Origin: Pseudomonadota bacterium
GTDB taxonomy: Bacteria; Pseudomonadota; Alphaproteobacteria; Rhizobiales; Aestuariivirgaceae
Direction of reading: 5' to 3'
DNA: 35,809 nucleotides
Assembly: GCA_016522385.1 (NCBI GenBank)
Contig: JAEKFU010000064.1
Coordinates: 1-35,809, forward strand
The notes beneath the pieces are model-generated. The model saw only the letters and a program-made list of their open reading frames with translations, did no database searches and was not told where the DNA came from. The position numbers and the translations under genes were made by a program. Shown here piece by piece: positions 34,729 through 35,809 of this stretch (positions are counted from its first letter, which is position 1; each line of letters starts with the position of its first letter).

Positions 34729-35809
34729 GTGGCTGAGGAACGCAAAGTCGAAAAATCAGCTGAAGAAATCGTTGCCGAGGTTGATACCGGCGGACGCAAC
34801 AAGCTAGCTGGCTCACATGCGCGGCTGATTCCGCTCATTTGTTTCATCTGGGCGCTCTACCAGCTTTACATCGCCTCGCCAGTTCCCTCGATGCTGACGG
34901 AATATACCGGGGCGGCAATTTTCTATTTCGTCGGCAACCTGTCGATCTCGCGCAAGGTTCATTTGGCCTTTGCCATTGTTCTCGCCTCACTTGCCTTCCC
35001 GCTTTACAGGTCAGCTCCCAAGGATCGAATACCTTACTACGATTGGTTTCTTCTGGCGCTCGGCGTGTCGTCGATTTTGTACATGATCCTGCTAAACGCC
35101 AACATCGCCGAACGGGCCGGTGATTTCAGTCACTCCAACATACCGTATGACATGACCGTGGCTTTGATCGGCATCACGGTGCTGACCTTCTCGATTTTCC
35201 GTACCCTCGGCCTGCCGTTGATCGTCGTTGCGGCGATCCTCGCCGGCTATGTTTTCATTGGCGGCGGCAATTGGGGCGGTGCATCTTTTGTCAAGGGTGT
35301 CTGGCATTTCTGGATGCAGGAAGAAGGTATCTTCGGCAAGCCGCTCGAGGTCTCGACCCAGACAATTTTCCTTTTTGTGCTGTTTGGTGCCATCCTGGAA
35401 AAGGCCGGCGCTGGTGCCTACTTTATCAAGATCGCTTTTGCCCTGCTTGGCCATTTGCGTGGCGGGCCTGCCAAAGCAGCTGTGATCGCATCGGCCATGA
35501 GCGGGCTCTACTCGGGTTCATCGATCGCCAACACGGTGACCACCGGCACCTTCACCATCCCGCTGATGCGCAAGACCGGTTTGACGCCGGAAAAAGCCGG
35601 CGCCATCGAGGTGGCGTCCTCGACCAACGGCCAGTTAACTCCGCCTGTAATGGGTGCAGCCGCCTTCCTGATCGCCGAGTTCACTGGAATTCAATATACC
35701 GAAATCCTAAAGCACGCATTGGTGCCGGCGCTCGTTTCGTATATTGCGCTGGTTTACATCGTCCATCTGGAAGCCTGCAAACTCGACTTGCGCGGCCTGC
35801 CGAAGCCTC
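34729..35809 (+). CDS. TRAP transporter fused permease (TAXI-associated DctQM-type), 3' end outside the window
   Basis: My own translation from GTG 34729 (AGGGGAGGGG upstream) stays open to the window end (360 codons). It reads VAEERKVEKSAEEIVAEVDTGGRN...LICFIWALYQLYIAS...GKPLEVSTQTIFLFVLFGAILEKAGAGAYFIKIAFALLGHLRGGPAKAAVIASAMSGLYSGSSIANTVTTGTFTIPLMRKTG...STNGQLTPPVMGAAAFLIAEF. It is missing from the ORF track because no stop lies in the window. Confidence 0.85.
   Translation, partial: MAEERKVEKSAEEIVAEVDTGGRNKLAGSHARLIPLICFIWALYQLYIASPVPSMLTEYTGAAIFYFVGNLSISRKVHLAFAIVLASLAFPLYRSAPKDRIPYYDWFLLALGVSSILYMILLNANIAERAGDFSHSNIPYDMTVALIGITVLTFSIFRTLGLPLIVVAAILAGYVFIGGGNWGGASFVKGVWHFWMQEEGIFGKPLEVSTQTIFLFVLFGAILEKAGAGAYFIKIAFALLGHLRGGPAKAAVIASAMSGLYSGSSIANTVTTGTFTIPLMRKTGLTPEKAGAIEVASSTNGQLTPPVMGAAAFLIAEFTGIQYTEILKHALVPALVSYIALVYIVHLEACKLDLRGLPKP

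Overview
This window looks like a core-chromosome segment of a moderately GC-rich alphaproteobacterium, probably Hyphomicrobiales/Rhizobiales-like. The taxonomic hints are the murA-DUF2948-hisD-UPF0262-LMW-PTP gene order, a PleC/DivJ/PdhS-type PAS histidine kinase, and a tRNA-His with no encoded G-1. I can support about 33 protein genes (two cut by the window edges) and two tRNAs (Thr-GGU, His-GUG). I see no rRNA, CRISPR array, transposase, integrase, prophage or recognisable defence genes. All family calls come from reading motifs by eye; no database search was possible.

Gene content is mostly housekeeping and metabolism: murA, hisD, moaE, trkH, acetoacetyl-CoA synthetase, an IorAB-type molybdoenzyme, a GST, a class IV aminotransferase plus an asparaginase-II-family gene, and a TAXI-TRAP transporter.

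The points most worth a second look are:
1. A ~140-nt intergenic element, unknown to me, occurs twice (5445-5584 on the minus strand, 17924-18062 on the plus strand). The copies are about 71% identical without gaps. Each is co-oriented with the next gene and ends at or within 9 nt of its start codon.
2. A compact four-gene cluster (12726-17792) encodes two CrtI-family enzymes, an acyltransferase and a GT2 glycosyltransferase. This is a carotenoid glycoside-ester type enzyme set, but no backbone synthase is present. An ABC-2 exporter follows it.
3. A membrane-anchored coiled-coil protein has an exact 42-residue periodicity and a C-terminal HhH-like module.
4. asmA, moaE and a thermonuclease gene form a translationally coupled trio, with moaE detached from moaD.
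5. A two-domain FbpB-type ABC permease sits behind the kinase with no ATPase or binding-protein partner.

None of the protein families is new in itself. The repeat element is the only signal I cannot assign to anything known.
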